A DNA stretch of 64,000 bases from Bdellovibrionales bacterium (GCA_031370005.1 JANMPT010000021.1:64001-128000); one strand, 5' to 3'. Shown: positions 1 to 9,945, counted from the first letter of the stretch. Notes: a model not told the origin generated them from the sequence alone. Translations and numbers: made by a program.

Positions 1-250
1 CAAAGCTAGCAAATAACAATTGACGTTTTTCAGCCAACCAATCCATAAAACGCACATAGAGCACATGAAAAGAAAGAGCAACGCAAATCACCAGATAAAA
101 AGGCGCAACCAAAGACCAATTAACAAAACTTTTTTGGAACAAAAATGAAATTTGACTGACCAATAGAATCAGCAAGTAAAGACTGATTCGCGAAAAGGCG
201 ACGATCAATCTTTGATTATAGTTTTTAGCGGGTCCTACTGCAGTATTCAC
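1..250 (-). CDS. pilS: N-terminal membrane part of a probable PilS-type sensor histidine kinase, running off the left edge
   Basis: Not in the ORF track. An open frame from GTG at 250 reads MNTAVGPAKNYNQRLIVAFSRISLYLLILLVSQISFLFQ...VAPFYLVICVALSFHVLYV, with hydrophobic helices. It starts 6 bp after the pilC stop, and the pilB-pilT-pilC-pilS-pilR order is typical of delta-proteobacterial lineages. The kinase domain is not visible. Confidence 0.6.
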   Translation of the reverse strand, partial: MNTAVGPAKNYNQRLIVAFSRISLYLLILLVSQISFLFQKSFVNWSLVAPFYLVICVALSFHVLYVRFMDWLAEKRQLLFASF

Positions 251-256
251 GAAGGA

Positions 257-1492
257 CTAACCCCCACCGACTATATCGCCCATATTAAAGATCGGCAAGT
301 ACATGGCAATAACTAGAACTGCAATGATTCCCCCTAAGAAAACCATCATCAGTGGCTCAATTAAAGACGTCATGGCCTTAACTGCTGTTTCAACTTCATC
401 TTCATAAAAATCAGCTATTTTTCCAAGCATCACGTCCATGGTTCCGGACTGCTCTCCGATAGCTATCATTTGCACAACCATTTCTGGAATTATTTTTTCT
501 TTACCAAGGGGCGCTGAGAAACTAAGACCTTGGGTTACTGACTCTTTGCTTCTCATTAAAATGGATTCAATAACACCATTGCCTGATGTGCGTGCTGCGA
601 TTTCGATAGCGTTTATCAGACCTACCCCTGAGGATAACAAAGTTGATAGCGTTCGGGTAAAGCGCGCAATGGCAGATTTTAATGCAACTTCTCCGACAAC
701 AGGAACTTTCAAAACAAAACGGTCGAAGTTTTGCTTTCCCTCAGTCGTATCCAGATAATTCATGATTCCAAAAGGAATCACAATAGCGCCTCCAACAAAT
801 AAATACCATTTTTTAACAAGACTATTACTTAGCGCCACTACCATTTGAGTCAATGCAGGCGGCGCTTTCCCAGCAGAACTAAAAAGATCATTAAATTTTG
901 GTATAATAAAAATTAAAATTCCTGAAATTACGACCGCAGCAACAACTAGAATAACAGCCGGGTATACCATGGCACCTTTTACTTGGCCTTTGATCTTCTC
1001 AGATTTCTCCATATAAAGTGCTAAACGATTTAAAATGGAGTCCAAAATACCGGCCTCTTCACCTGCTTGAATCATATTCACGTAAAGTTTATCAAAAACC
1101 CCAGAAGTACCAGACATAGAATCGGAAAGTCGTTTTCCATTTTCAATAGAAGTCTTTACTTTTGCTGCGGCATCGCGAAGTGGCCCAGGTCGCAATCCCT
1201 CCGAAAGAATTTTAAGAGCATCTACTACAGGAATACCTGCATTGATTAGTGTGGCAAACTGGCGAGTAAAAATCTGGAGATCTTTACTTTTCACTTTCGG
1301 TGCAAACAGACCGCCGCCCATGCTGGTTTTTTTTGCTGAAGCCTTGGACGTCCCGCTGCTTCTTGCTAGACGCAAAGGGATCAATTGCTGCGCTCTTAAA
1401 CGCACACGTGCTTCATTTTCATTAGCAGCCTCAAGCTCTCCTTGAAGAGTCTGCCCTGTTATGTTTTTAGCAGTATAAGAAAAACGAGCCAT
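257..1492 (-). CDS. pilC: Type IV pilus platform protein PilC (GspF family)
   Basis: FTRQFATLINAGIP, AGEEAGILD, AMVYP, IGEQSG and EPLMMVFLG..IAMYLPIF motifs. The likely start is ATG 1492 (MARFSYTA). Confidence 0.96.
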   Translation of the reverse strand: MARFSYTAKNITGQTLQGELEAANENEARVRLRAQQLIPLRLARSSGTSKASAKKTSMGGGLFAPKVKSKDLQIFTRQFATLINAGIPVVDALKILSEGLRPGPLRDAAAKVKTSIENGKRLSDSMSGTSGVFDKLYVNMIQAGEEAGILDSILNRLALYMEKSEKIKGQVKGAMVYPAVILVVAAVVISGILIFIIPKFNDLFSSAGKAPPALTQMVVALSNSLVKKWYLFVGGAIVIPFGIMNYLDTTEGKQNFDRFVLKVPVVGEVALKSAIARFTRTLSTLLSSGVGLINAIEIAARTSGNGVIESILMRSKESVTQGLSFSAPLGKEKIIPEMVVQMIAIGEQSGTMDVMLGKIADFYEDEVETAVKAMTSLIEPLMMVFLGGIIAVLVIAMYLPIFNMGDIVGGG

Positions 1493-1493
1493 C

Positions 1494-2540
1494 TTAGATA
1501 CCCACCTTTTTAAGTAGTTGGTCAAGACCATCTGGATCGTGAGTTACTAAAAAAGCTTGTTTTACATCGATTTTTCGACGAATCAGCAGTTGCAATAAAG
1601 ACTGATTAAGAGTGAGCACCCCGTTTTTTTCTTGCTGTGTTTGCAAAAGGTCTTCTAAAGACGCTAATTGCCCTTGCCCCAAAGCGGTTTTCATTTGCGG
1701 AGTATTAAGCAACATTTCAAAACCAAGAATGGTGTCCTCAGATAGCGAGGTCATTGAATGTTGCGAGATCGCCATCTTTAGATGCTCAGCAAATCTCCAG
1801 AGAGAATGTGGATTAGGTCTTTCCGAAAGAAGCTCTAGACACTTATGGAAGGCACTCATCAAAGAATGCGAAGCTATGGTCATCATCACCATTTTTCCTT
1901 CATCACAAAGATCCATGGCTTGAGTCAAAGAATGCGCAGTCACAGTTTCATGCAGAACAACCAAATCTGCCCCTGAAAAAAAACCATTTTCTGCAGCATC
2001 AGTAACTGAAGTGCTTTGATAGACAAAGCTTGCCTTTTCTTCAGGAATTCCTGGGAAGGCTTGCTTCGAAAAGACTGCACAATGGAAAGCATAATCTTTA
2101 TTTAGTCGATAAAGGGTCTGCGCCAAAGTATTTGTTTTATAAGGATGTACTGGACCGGCCAAGAGGATCAAACCTTGGCGACGGCTAAGAGTTTCTAAAA
2201 ATACCGTTGGCAGACTTAGTTCAATCTCAAAAACGTTCAGTGGCTCAAAGCAAAAATGCGCCTTGAAGCAATCATGACTCTGAAAAATACTATATGAAGT
2301 CCGAAAGCCATCTGACATCTGCACACAGCCCTGCAAAGAGCCTTTGCGCTCAAGAGTTAGCAGCTGTTCGCTCTTAAGTAGGGCTTTTAAAACATGATTC
2401 CACTCGCTTAAAAGTATGGGGGAAGAATCCAAACTTACCCAGTTTTGTTGAATACGACACTTGGGTTCGCCCCCTAACACTAAAAGAAGTTCCTGAGACT
2501 TTTTCTTTCTTGCTTCGGAAAAATAGTTCAGGTTCCCCAT
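1494..2540 (-). CDS. pilT: PilT-like protein with degenerate ATPase motifs
   Basis: Lies between pilB and pilC. Has the PilT size and layout (RRQGLILLAGP, FEMLLNTP, GVLTLNQSLLQL), but Walker A reads GPVHPYKT and Walker B reads LVVLHE. Confidence 0.75.
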   Translation of the reverse strand: MGNLNYFSEARKKKSQELLLVLGGEPKCRIQQNWVSLDSSPILLSEWNHVLKALLKSEQLLTLERKGSLQGCVQMSDGFRTSYSIFQSHDCFKAHFCFEPLNVFEIELSLPTVFLETLSRRQGLILLAGPVHPYKTNTLAQTLYRLNKDYAFHCAVFSKQAFPGIPEEKASFVYQSTSVTDAAENGFFSGADLVVLHETVTAHSLTQAMDLCDEGKMVMMTIASHSLMSAFHKCLELLSERPNPHSLWRFAEHLKMAISQHSMTSLSEDTILGFEMLLNTPQMKTALGQGQLASLEDLLQTQQEKNGVLTLNQSLLQLLIRRKIDVKQAFLVTHDPDGLDQLLKKVGI

Positions 2541-4256
2541 TTAGATATCCTTCACAGATGAGTTAAGTACCTCTTCAATTGTCGTTATCCCATGTTTTAA
2601 TTTAATCAAAGCACTTCGGCGCAGAGTCCGCATCCCTTCCTCACGAGCAAGGAAACGCAACTGCCCTGCGGAGCCTCCCTTTAAAATCGCATCTTTAATT
2701 TTTTCACTCATCGCCATTAATTCGTAAATTGCGGCGCGACCTTTAATGCCTGAGCCATTGCAAGTTGCACAACCACGACCTTTAAATAATTGATATTCAG
2801 GTACCTCGTCAGGATGAATTCCCATGTTCACCAGGGTTTTTGCTGGAACATCAATAGGGGTCTTACAGTTTTCGCAGATTTTACCCACGAGACGCTGAGC
2901 CACGATCAAATTCACAGTGGCCGTAATAATATACGGAGCAACTCCCATTTCTGTTAGACGAACAATTGTCGCAGGAGCATCATTTGTATGCAAAGTACTT
3001 ACAACCAAGTGACCTGTGGAGGCCGCTTTAAAGGCGATCTCCGCCGTTTCAAGGTCACGGATCTCCCCCACCATCACAATATCAGGATCTTGTCGAAGAA
3101 ATGATCTTAGCGCCTGAGAAAATGTTAGATTTATATCCGCATTCATTTGGACCTGATTGATTCCTTCTAAATTAAACTCCACTGGGTCTTCTGCCGTGCT
3201 GATATTTACGTCAGATTTATTTAATTCATACAGAGCAGAGTAAATAGTGGTGGTCTTACCTGAACCCGTCGGCCCCGTAATTAAAACCATACCTTGCGGA
3301 AGGTTGATGAGTTGCTTAAAAAGCTTTAAATCGTCCTCTTCAAAACCCAGCTTTGTCATGTCCAGCTGCAAGTTTGATTTATCTAAAAGACGAAGCACGA
3401 CCTTTTCGCCAAAGAGTGTTGGCAGTACGCTCACACGAAAATCCATCTCTTTCCCTTTAGAGGTTCGAACTTTCAGGCGACCATCCTGAGGTCGGCGTTT
3501 CTCTGCGATATCCAGTTTTGACATAATTTTAATACGAGACGCGATGGCTGCCGCCGAACCCGCCGGGGGAGCCGTCGCCTCAATCAAACCCCCATCGATA
3601 CGAAAGCGCACACGATAACGTTTTTCATAGGGTTCAAAGTGAATATCTGAAACACGACGTTTAATCGCATCAACCAAAATCGCATTTACAAACTTAATGA
3701 TTGGAGCGTCCTCACCGCCACTGCCTCCACTCTCGTCGATAGTTTCGATATTGGCTTCACCCATGGCTCCGAACTCTTCGTCTTGCGTTTCTTGGCTCAT
3801 GGAATTGAGAGCTTTTGAGCTGATCAAGCCACCATAATTTTTATCGATTGCAGAAGCAATTGCAGTTTCCGTACCGACCACTGCCTGAATACGACAGCGA
3901 GTAATGAAGCGCAAATCTTCTTTCACCACGACATTGCTTGGATCGGCAAAAGCGACCACCAATGTGCTGCCTGCTTTTTGAATTGGAATCAGGGTATATT
4001 TGTCGCAGATCTCTCGATTTACTAAGCTTACAACGCTTGCATCAATTTCAAAAGTATTTACCTCGACACCTGGAACTTGATAGTGCTTTTCCATGGCCCG
4101 AAGTATTTGATTATCTTTTAAAAAACCAAGGCTTATAATAATTTGACTCAGACGGGCTCCGCCTGATTTCTTTTGCTCTTCATGAGCTTGATTCAACTGA
4201 TCTGGACGTAACAATCCTTGTTTAACAAGAATTTCACCAACTTTGAGTGCAGACAT
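2541..4256 (-). CDS. pilB: Type IV pilus extension ATPase PilB
   Basis: Walker A GPTGSGKTTT, TAEDPVE, LRQDPD..MVGEIRD, STLHTND, a tetra-Cys Zn motif (CENC/CATC) and an N-terminal MshEN-like region. Confidence 0.97.
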   Translation of the reverse strand: MSALKVGEILVKQGLLRPDQLNQAHEEQKKSGGARLSQIIISLGFLKDNQILRAMEKHYQVPGVEVNTFEIDASVVSLVNREICDKYTLIPIQKAGSTLVVAFADPSNVVVKEDLRFITRCRIQAVVGTETAIASAIDKNYGGLISSKALNSMSQETQDEEFGAMGEANIETIDESGGSGGEDAPIIKFVNAILVDAIKRRVSDIHFEPYEKRYRVRFRIDGGLIEATAPPAGSAAAIASRIKIMSKLDIAEKRRPQDGRLKVRTSKGKEMDFRVSVLPTLFGEKVVLRLLDKSNLQLDMTKLGFEEDDLKLFKQLINLPQGMVLITGPTGSGKTTTIYSALYELNKSDVNISTAEDPVEFNLEGINQVQMNADINLTFSQALRSFLRQDPDIVMVGEIRDLETAEIAFKAASTGHLVVSTLHTNDAPATIVRLTEMGVAPYIITATVNLIVAQRLVGKICENCKTPIDVPAKTLVNMGIHPDEVPEYQLFKGRGCATCNGSGIKGRAAIYELMAMSEKIKDAILKGGSAGQLRFLAREEGMRTLRRSALIKLKHGITTIEEVLNSSVKDI

Positions 4257-4291
4257 AGTACTATGCTAGCGTGAAGTGACATTTTTTGTAA

Positions 4292-5179
4292 CTAGACAGA
4301 AGATGGGTTTTTCAGCATGGACATATTTTCGCGGAATTTTTCAAAATAGTCCTCAAAACCTATATTCTGCTTTGGGAAAAGTTTCATCAGAATATCAACA
4401 TCACGTTGCGCCTGAACTGCAAGTCCTGAAAGGATTTTTAGATTCGCCCGAGAGGCCTCTTCTAAAAGTTGATTGTGGTTTGTACACTCAGAGATATCGA
4501 CCACGACTCCCCCTGATTTCATAAAATTGAAGTAAGATAAGTCCCCGAGAACCGCACTATTGTCCTGCAACTGCATTGTATTTAGCATTAAAGAACCTGG
4601 TTTTTCATGAACTGTCAGTGTATGAGCTGGAATTCCTTCAATTTCAACGCCAAACAAATAACGTCGAAGCAACTTCACTTCTTTATCTAATTTTTCAGTA
4701 TCCTCGTCAACAAGACTAACATGGGAAAATCCAAGCCCCACCAAGGCAGCCACCGCTGCACGCCCAGTATGGCTTGCTCCAATCACATAGGAGTTAAGTC
4801 CAATATCTAAATCATGAAACTGATTAATAATAAGCGTCCGAAGGGTGTCATATAAAAAGAGTCGTGGCCACCACTGATTGCCTTCAAGTACCAATGCATC
4901 CGCAGCTTCTAACCAATGAACTACTGTTGGCAATCTGGGAAAGTGTTCCAACAAAATTCCTGCACCTTCGAGAGGCACCTTCAACAACAATGCACCTTCT
5001 TGTACACTAGGCAGCCAAGTTTTTAGATCTTTCAATTCGCGTCCCGGCAACGCAATACATTCGGCCTGCCAATTCCGGCTTTTAAAATAATGATTCATAT
5101 GCAAGCCTGACAAAGACAATGTCTCTGCGATCTCAAGTATTTTACCAGACACATGGCTTGTTGTATTAGCGTCGTCCAT
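4292..5179 (-). CDS. Shikimate dehydrogenase (AroE)-fold protein, apparently catalytically degenerate
   Basis: Rossmann segment YVIGASHTGRAAVAALVGLG and C-terminal VVDIS...LLEEASRANLKILSGL follow the AroE layout. The catalytic motifs are altered. Confidence 0.6.
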   Translation of the reverse strand: MDDANTTSHVSGKILEIAETLSLSGLHMNHYFKSRNWQAECIALPGRELKDLKTWLPSVQEGALLLKVPLEGAGILLEHFPRLPTVVHWLEAADALVLEGNQWWPRLFLYDTLRTLIINQFHDLDIGLNSYVIGASHTGRAAVAALVGLGFSHVSLVDEDTEKLDKEVKLLRRYLFGVEIEGIPAHTLTVHEKPGSLMLNTMQLQDNSAVLGDLSYFNFMKSGGVVVDISECTNHNQLLEEASRANLKILSGLAVQAQRDVDILMKLFPKQNIGFEDYFEKFRENMSMLKNPSSV

Positions 5180-6104
5180 GAAAAAAATCCTTCGCCTGCT
5201 TAATATCTAAACGAATCTGTAACAACAACTCCTGAATGCCAGAAAATTTTTTCTCGTCTCTGATGTATTGTATAAGATCCACTTGAATTTCTTGTCCGTA
5301 AATATCATCATCAAAGTCAAAAAGATGAGTCTCGGTTTTAACCGGCGAATTCGTCTCCGCATGGAAAGTTGGATTGAAGCCAATGTTTGTAATTGAAGGG
5401 TAAGTTTTATTTCGGTGATGAGTTTGCGTAATATAAACACCACGTCGAGGCACAAAATCCACTGTCGGCGTCATATTTGCCGTTGGCACTCCAATTGTGC
5501 GTCCCCTAGCATCTCCATGATGAACGATGCCACGCAAATAGTAATCACGTCCTAAAAAACTATACACTTTCGAAAGATCCCCAATCTTCAAGGCATCACG
5601 AATCTTCGAAGAAGAAACAATCTGATTGTTTTCCTCATGGGCAGGAACCACCACTAATTTAATATTTTTCTCTTGGCAGATTTTTTTCAAATATTCGATG
5701 TCGCCCAGGCGATTAGATCCAAAGGAAAAATCATAACCCACCACAAGTGTTTTTATCTTGAGCTTATCAATCAAATAAAACTGCACAAAATCAGAGGCTG
5801 TGAGCTTTGCAAAATTAAGGGTAAACTCTTGCTCTATTAAATAAGTAATACCCAAACGATCAAGTTGTTCACGCTGGTCTCGTGAGTCAAAAAGGCGTTG
5901 AATTTTCCGTTCAGGATAAAGCACGCTCACTGGATGCGGATAAAAAGTAAAGACCACAATTGGCAATCCGAGGGCCCTTCCCTCTTTGACCGCTTTGTGT
6001 AATAACTTTTGATGGCCGAGATGGACCCCATCAAAGTTTCCTATACTCACAACAGAGGCCCTCCAGTCCTGGGGGAGCTCCTCGACACCCTGAAAATTCT
6101 GCAT
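5166..6104 (-). CDS. ribF: Bifunctional riboflavin kinase/FAD synthetase
   Basis: IGNFDGVHLGHQ, VGYDFSFG, SSSKIR, GRTIGVPTAN, GFNPTF and ETHLFDF motifs. Confidence 0.97.
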   Translation of the reverse strand: MQNFQGVEELPQDWRASVVSIGNFDGVHLGHQKLLHKAVKEGRALGLPIVVFTFYPHPVSVLYPERKIQRLFDSRDQREQLDRLGITYLIEQEFTLNFAKLTASDFVQFYLIDKLKIKTLVVGYDFSFGSNRLGDIEYLKKICQEKNIKLVVVPAHEENNQIVSSSKIRDALKIGDLSKVYSFLGRDYYLRGIVHHGDARGRTIGVPTANMTPTVDFVPRRGVYITQTHHRNKTYPSITNIGFNPTFHAETNSPVKTETHLFDFDDDIYGQEIQVDLIQYIRDEKKFSGIQELLLQIRLDIKQAKDFFHGRR

Positions 6105-6160
6105 TAAAAAATAATACTCTATAAGCTCCTTTAATTCTTGAATTTTTCTCAGAATTTGCT

Positions 6161-8029
6161 ATGTTGCATCGCGTGAAAATCCATTTTGATATTGGGAAAA
6201 TTAGAACCCTTACGAGGCTTTTTTTACGGCGGCGTGGTTTTTGGCTGCGTACGCTCCTTTGCTGGGTGATTGGCATCATGGCTTTATCAAGTGATGAGGG
6301 GAACTCTTATGACCAACGCTTTCAACTGCGTGGGGATCAGCGGGCCTCTCCTCAGATTGTCTTAATAACCATCAAGCAATCTGATTTTTCTTCGATCTAT
6401 AGAAAACGTACAAACTCTATGCAAAACGTCAGCGAAATCACGGATATCACTGATAGTTTTTTTTGGAATAAAGATATCTGGCTATCTCTTCTTAAAAAAG
6501 TTCTCTCACAAAATCCTCGCTCAATTGGCGTGACTCTGTATTTTGGTATCAACGTTGGAGACGTGACTATTTCTCGTTCTGAGGAAAAAATCTTTAAAGA
6601 CCCACGGGTTTTTTGGTCTACCAGCACGAACAACTTTGAACGACTGTATGAGCCTTTGTTCACTAACGATGCACATACAAACATTGCCAGCAATGATCTT
6701 CGGGGCGACGAAGATGGAATCATTCGTCATATCTACGAACAAAGCGATGTCCTTCCTCACTTGGTGGAGAAAATCACTGATAAAAAACTCCCCTCCTCAC
6801 GCACAGGAATCAGTATAAACTATCGTGGATCAAGTCGGGTTTTTACTCAATATAGCCTTGCCGAAGTCCTGAATGAAGAAACTCCTGAAAATGCTTTTGC
6901 TAATAAAATTATTTTGATTGGAGCTGAAACTAACTCCGGGCCGCAGTATCTGACCCCGGTGGGAGCCCTGTCTCGCACTCAAACTCTTGGCCACATCACA
7001 GATGATTTACTTGGCAATAAATGGATTCGCCAATGGCATTTTGTCATCTATGCCTTGCTCTTTGCTGCGCTTACGTTGATTGCAGTTTTTTTGATCACAC
7101 AATACCCACAATCCGTGGCACTTGTCCTGATACTATGGCTGGGACTTTCCATTGCAGCAATCTCGGCCTGGGTCTTTGATACTTTCTATATTTGGATTCC
7201 TGCCTATTCTCCAACTATTTTACTTTTGGCCACTTGGGTAATCTTTATTGGCTATCAAGCAAATCGTATTGAGCGCATGAACTTTCGACTCCAGCAAGAG
7301 CAAAAATATTTGCAAGAACTTGAGCAGCTGAAAAATAACTTTGTGAGCCTTATCAGTCATGACTTAAAAACGCCTATTGCAAAGATTCAAGCAATTGTCG
7401 ATCGCTTGCTAACCCAGCATCCAAATCCTGAGTTGCAAGTGGACTTAAAATCCCTTCGTGGCAGTGGAGATGAACTCAATCGCTATATTCAGTCGATTCT
7501 CAAAGTTCTTCGCGCAGAATCAAGGGACTTCAAGGTCAATAAAGAAGTAGCTGATATTAACGAGATCATTGAGGACGCCATTCGACAATTATATCCTTTG
7601 GCGACAGAAAAAAACATACGTATACAAACTGAGCTGGAACCTATGTTCTCAGTGGAATTTGATACAACTCTGATCAAAGAAGTACTTGTTAATCTAATTG
7701 ATAACGCAATTAAATACACTCCCCGTAATGGGCAGATCTCGATTTACTCCAGCGAAACAGAAGATTCTGTCTATGTAAAAATAAAGGACAATGGTGAAGG
7801 AATTCGCCCCGAAGATTTAGATACTATCTGGGGCAAGTTCACCCGTGGTAAAGATCAGGATATGAAATCAAAAGGTTCTGGCCTTGGATTGTATCTGGTA
7901 AAATACTTTATCGAGCTCCATGGTGGAAAAGTAAACCTCGACAGTAAAATCGGATCTGGTAGCACAGTGTCATTTACCCTGCCCTTAAGTGATGATACAA
8001 GCGATGACTCCCATGAGGTGAATGTATGA
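6161..8029 (+). CDS. CHASE2-domain sensor histidine kinase
   Basis: Extracellular domain with DEDGIIR, INYRG and KIILIG (CHASE2-like), three TM helices, H-box SHDLKTP, N-box NLIDNAIKY and G-boxes DNGEGI/GSGLGL. Start codon uncertain. Confidence 0.9.
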   Translation: MLHRVKIHFDIGKIRTLTRLFLRRRGFWLRTLLCWVIGIMALSSDEGNSYDQRFQLRGDQRASPQIVLITIKQSDFSSIYRKRTNSMQNVSEITDITDSFFWNKDIWLSLLKKVLSQNPRSIGVTLYFGINVGDVTISRSEEKIFKDPRVFWSTSTNNFERLYEPLFTNDAHTNIASNDLRGDEDGIIRHIYEQSDVLPHLVEKITDKKLPSSRTGISINYRGSSRVFTQYSLAEVLNEETPENAFANKIILIGAETNSGPQYLTPVGALSRTQTLGHITDDLLGNKWIRQWHFVIYALLFAALTLIAVFLITQYPQSVALVLILWLGLSIAAISAWVFDTFYIWIPAYSPTILLLATWVIFIGYQANRIERMNFRLQQEQKYLQELEQLKNNFVSLISHDLKTPIAKIQAIVDRLLTQHPNPELQVDLKSLRGSGDELNRYIQSILKVLRAESRDFKVNKEVADINEIIEDAIRQLYPLATEKNIRIQTELEPMFSVEFDTTLIKEVLVNLIDNAIKYTPRNGQISIYSSETEDSVYVKIKDNGEGIRPEDLDTIWGKFTRGKDQDMKSKGSGLGLYLVKYFIELHGGKVNLDSKIGSGSTVSFTLPLSDDTSDDSHEVNV

Positions 8030-9438
8030 TGAATATCTTGAATACCTTAATCGTTGATGACGAAGCTGAACTTCGTCGCTCTGTACTTTCAATATTGAAG
8101 TCAGCAATTCCAGATGTTGAATTTGTCATTGAGGAAGCTAGCAACGGTAAAGAAGCTCTCGATAAAGTCCGTAGTCAAAGTTGGGACTTGGTTCTGATGG
8201 ATGTCAAAATGCCGGAGATGAATGGCCTTGAAGCACTTGCTGCTATTAAAGAACATGATCCACGTACTTTCGTGGTCTTGATGACTGCGCACAGTAATCT
8301 GCAAGATGCCGTTGCTGCAATCAAAGATGGCGCCTACGACTACGTAGAAAAACCAGTCAATCCACAACGACTGACTGAAATTGTGCGGACATGTTTGGAG
8401 GCTCGTGACTTGGTTTCAAGCCTTGCCTTCTCAAATCCAATTTTTGACGATGATATCGAAAGCGAATTTGTTGGCAATTCACAAAAAATGAAGGAAGTTT
8501 TTAACCTTATTTACCGCCTCTGCAAAGTAGACACCACTGTGTTAATTCGTGGTGAAAATGGAACGGGCAAAGAACTTGTTGCTCGTGCTATCCACTTCAA
8601 CTCACCTCGTAAAAGCGGCTCCTTCACTGCGATAAACTGCGGGGCCATTCCTGAGGCTTTGATGGAGAGTGAGCTCTTCGGTCATGAAAAAGGCGCTTTC
8701 ACTGGAGCCGTCGAAAGAAAAATTGGTAAGTTTCAGATCGCCAACAATGGAACTTTATTCCTCGATGAAATCGGCGAATTAAAACCAGATATGCAGGTCA
8801 AGCTCCTTCGCGTTCTTCAAGAAAAGAAATTCACACCAGTGGGTGGAAACCGCGAAGTTAAAACCAACACCCGCATTATTGCAGCTACAAATCGCAATTT
8901 AGAAAAAATGATGGAAGACGGCACCTTTCGTGAAGACTTGTTCTATCGCTTAAATGTAATGCCGATTTTCTTACCACCGCTTCGTGATCGCACTGATGAT
9001 ATCCCAGCACTTGTGCCTCACTTTATTAAGAAATTCTCAAAACAACATGCTCGTGGCATTACTAGCATCAGCTTTGAGGCTCTGCAAATCCTCAAAGCCT
9101 ATCGCTGGCCAGGAAATATTCGTGAACTCGAAAATGTGATAGAACGGGCCTTTATTGTCGAAAACTCAAATCAAATCACGGCGGAAAGCCTTCCAGAGAA
9201 TATTCGCACCGGCAGTAAAAATAATTCGCTAAAAAGCATTCCCTTTGGCTATTCTGGCCCACTAGATTTTGACGCCTTCAAAGACCAAATGGAAAAAGAT
9301 TTTGTAGTCAGTGCTCTGAAAGCCAACAAAGGTCGGATTAACCAAACCGTGGCCCAGGCCAACATTCCAAAAAACACTTTGCTAAGAAAAATCCGCAAAT
9401 ACGCTATCAATGTTAAAGACTATATAAGTGAAGATTAA
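8026..9438 (+). CDS. Sigma54-dependent response regulator (REC-AAA+-Fis HTH, NtrC family)
   Basis: REC domain (IVDDE, LMDVKMP, KP), GENGTGKE, ESELFGHEKGAFTGA, LFLDEIG and WPGNIREL. Overlaps the kinase stop codon (ATGA). Confidence 0.96.
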   Translation: MMNILNTLIVDDEAELRRSVLSILKSAIPDVEFVIEEASNGKEALDKVRSQSWDLVLMDVKMPEMNGLEALAAIKEHDPRTFVVLMTAHSNLQDAVAAIKDGAYDYVEKPVNPQRLTEIVRTCLEARDLVSSLAFSNPIFDDDIESEFVGNSQKMKEVFNLIYRLCKVDTTVLIRGENGTGKELVARAIHFNSPRKSGSFTAINCGAIPEALMESELFGHEKGAFTGAVERKIGKFQIANNGTLFLDEIGELKPDMQVKLLRVLQEKKFTPVGGNREVKTNTRIIAATNRNLEKMMEDGTFREDLFYRLNVMPIFLPPLRDRTDDIPALVPHFIKKFSKQHARGITSISFEALQILKAYRWPGNIRELENVIERAFIVENSNQITAESLPENIRTGSKNNSLKSIPFGYSGPLDFDAFKDQMEKDFVVSALKANKGRINQTVAQANIPKNTLLRKIRKYAINVKDYISED

Positions 9439-9510
9439 ACCCGAACCAACGCACCCTCGGCATATGGGATTATAAAAATAAATATACCTGGATGAGCGTA
9501 TAGAAGTGGG

Positions 9511-9945
9511 CTATTTAACTGCGCAGTTGTCGAATTGAGCGGTGAGAACCATCCCACTCGTCATTCCGGAAAAAACACGCTTTGCTTCACAGCCTTTAGT
9601 CATTACTTCAAGTGAGAATGACTCATTGCCCGCGACAGGAATGACTAATCTATCACCCTTAAAACTATGCTCAACGGAGGACCTCGTCAGCTCATTGGTG
9701 AGCTTCACAGTGCTGGTCCCACAAACTGTGAGCTGCGAATCTCTATCATATTTAGATCTGCATTTAACCACGATACTTCCCGGAACGGACTCCCCTTTTA
9801 CAGAAGGTTTCTCTTTTAGAACAGCATCTTGGCTCAGCGTTGCTACATATGGTTTATTATTTTCTGACTCCTTCACTTCCGTTACACAGCCAACCAATAA
9901 ACTCTCTAAGAGTAAAATTAATAAAAAAGATTCATTAATTCTCAT
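9511..9945 (-). CDS. Small hypothetical lipoprotein
   Basis: ATG 9945 follows an AAGGAG SD. Hydrophobic signal with an LVGC lipobox and four further Cys. Overlaps the end of the upstream GT9 gene. Confidence 0.65.
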   Translation of the reverse strand: MRINESFLLILLLESLLVGCVTEVKESENNKPYVATLSQDAVLKEKPSVKGESVPGSIVVKCRSKYDRDSQLTVCGTSTVKLTNELTRSSVEHSFKGDRLVIPVAGNESFSLEVMTKGCEAKRVFSGMTSGMVLTAQFDNCAVK

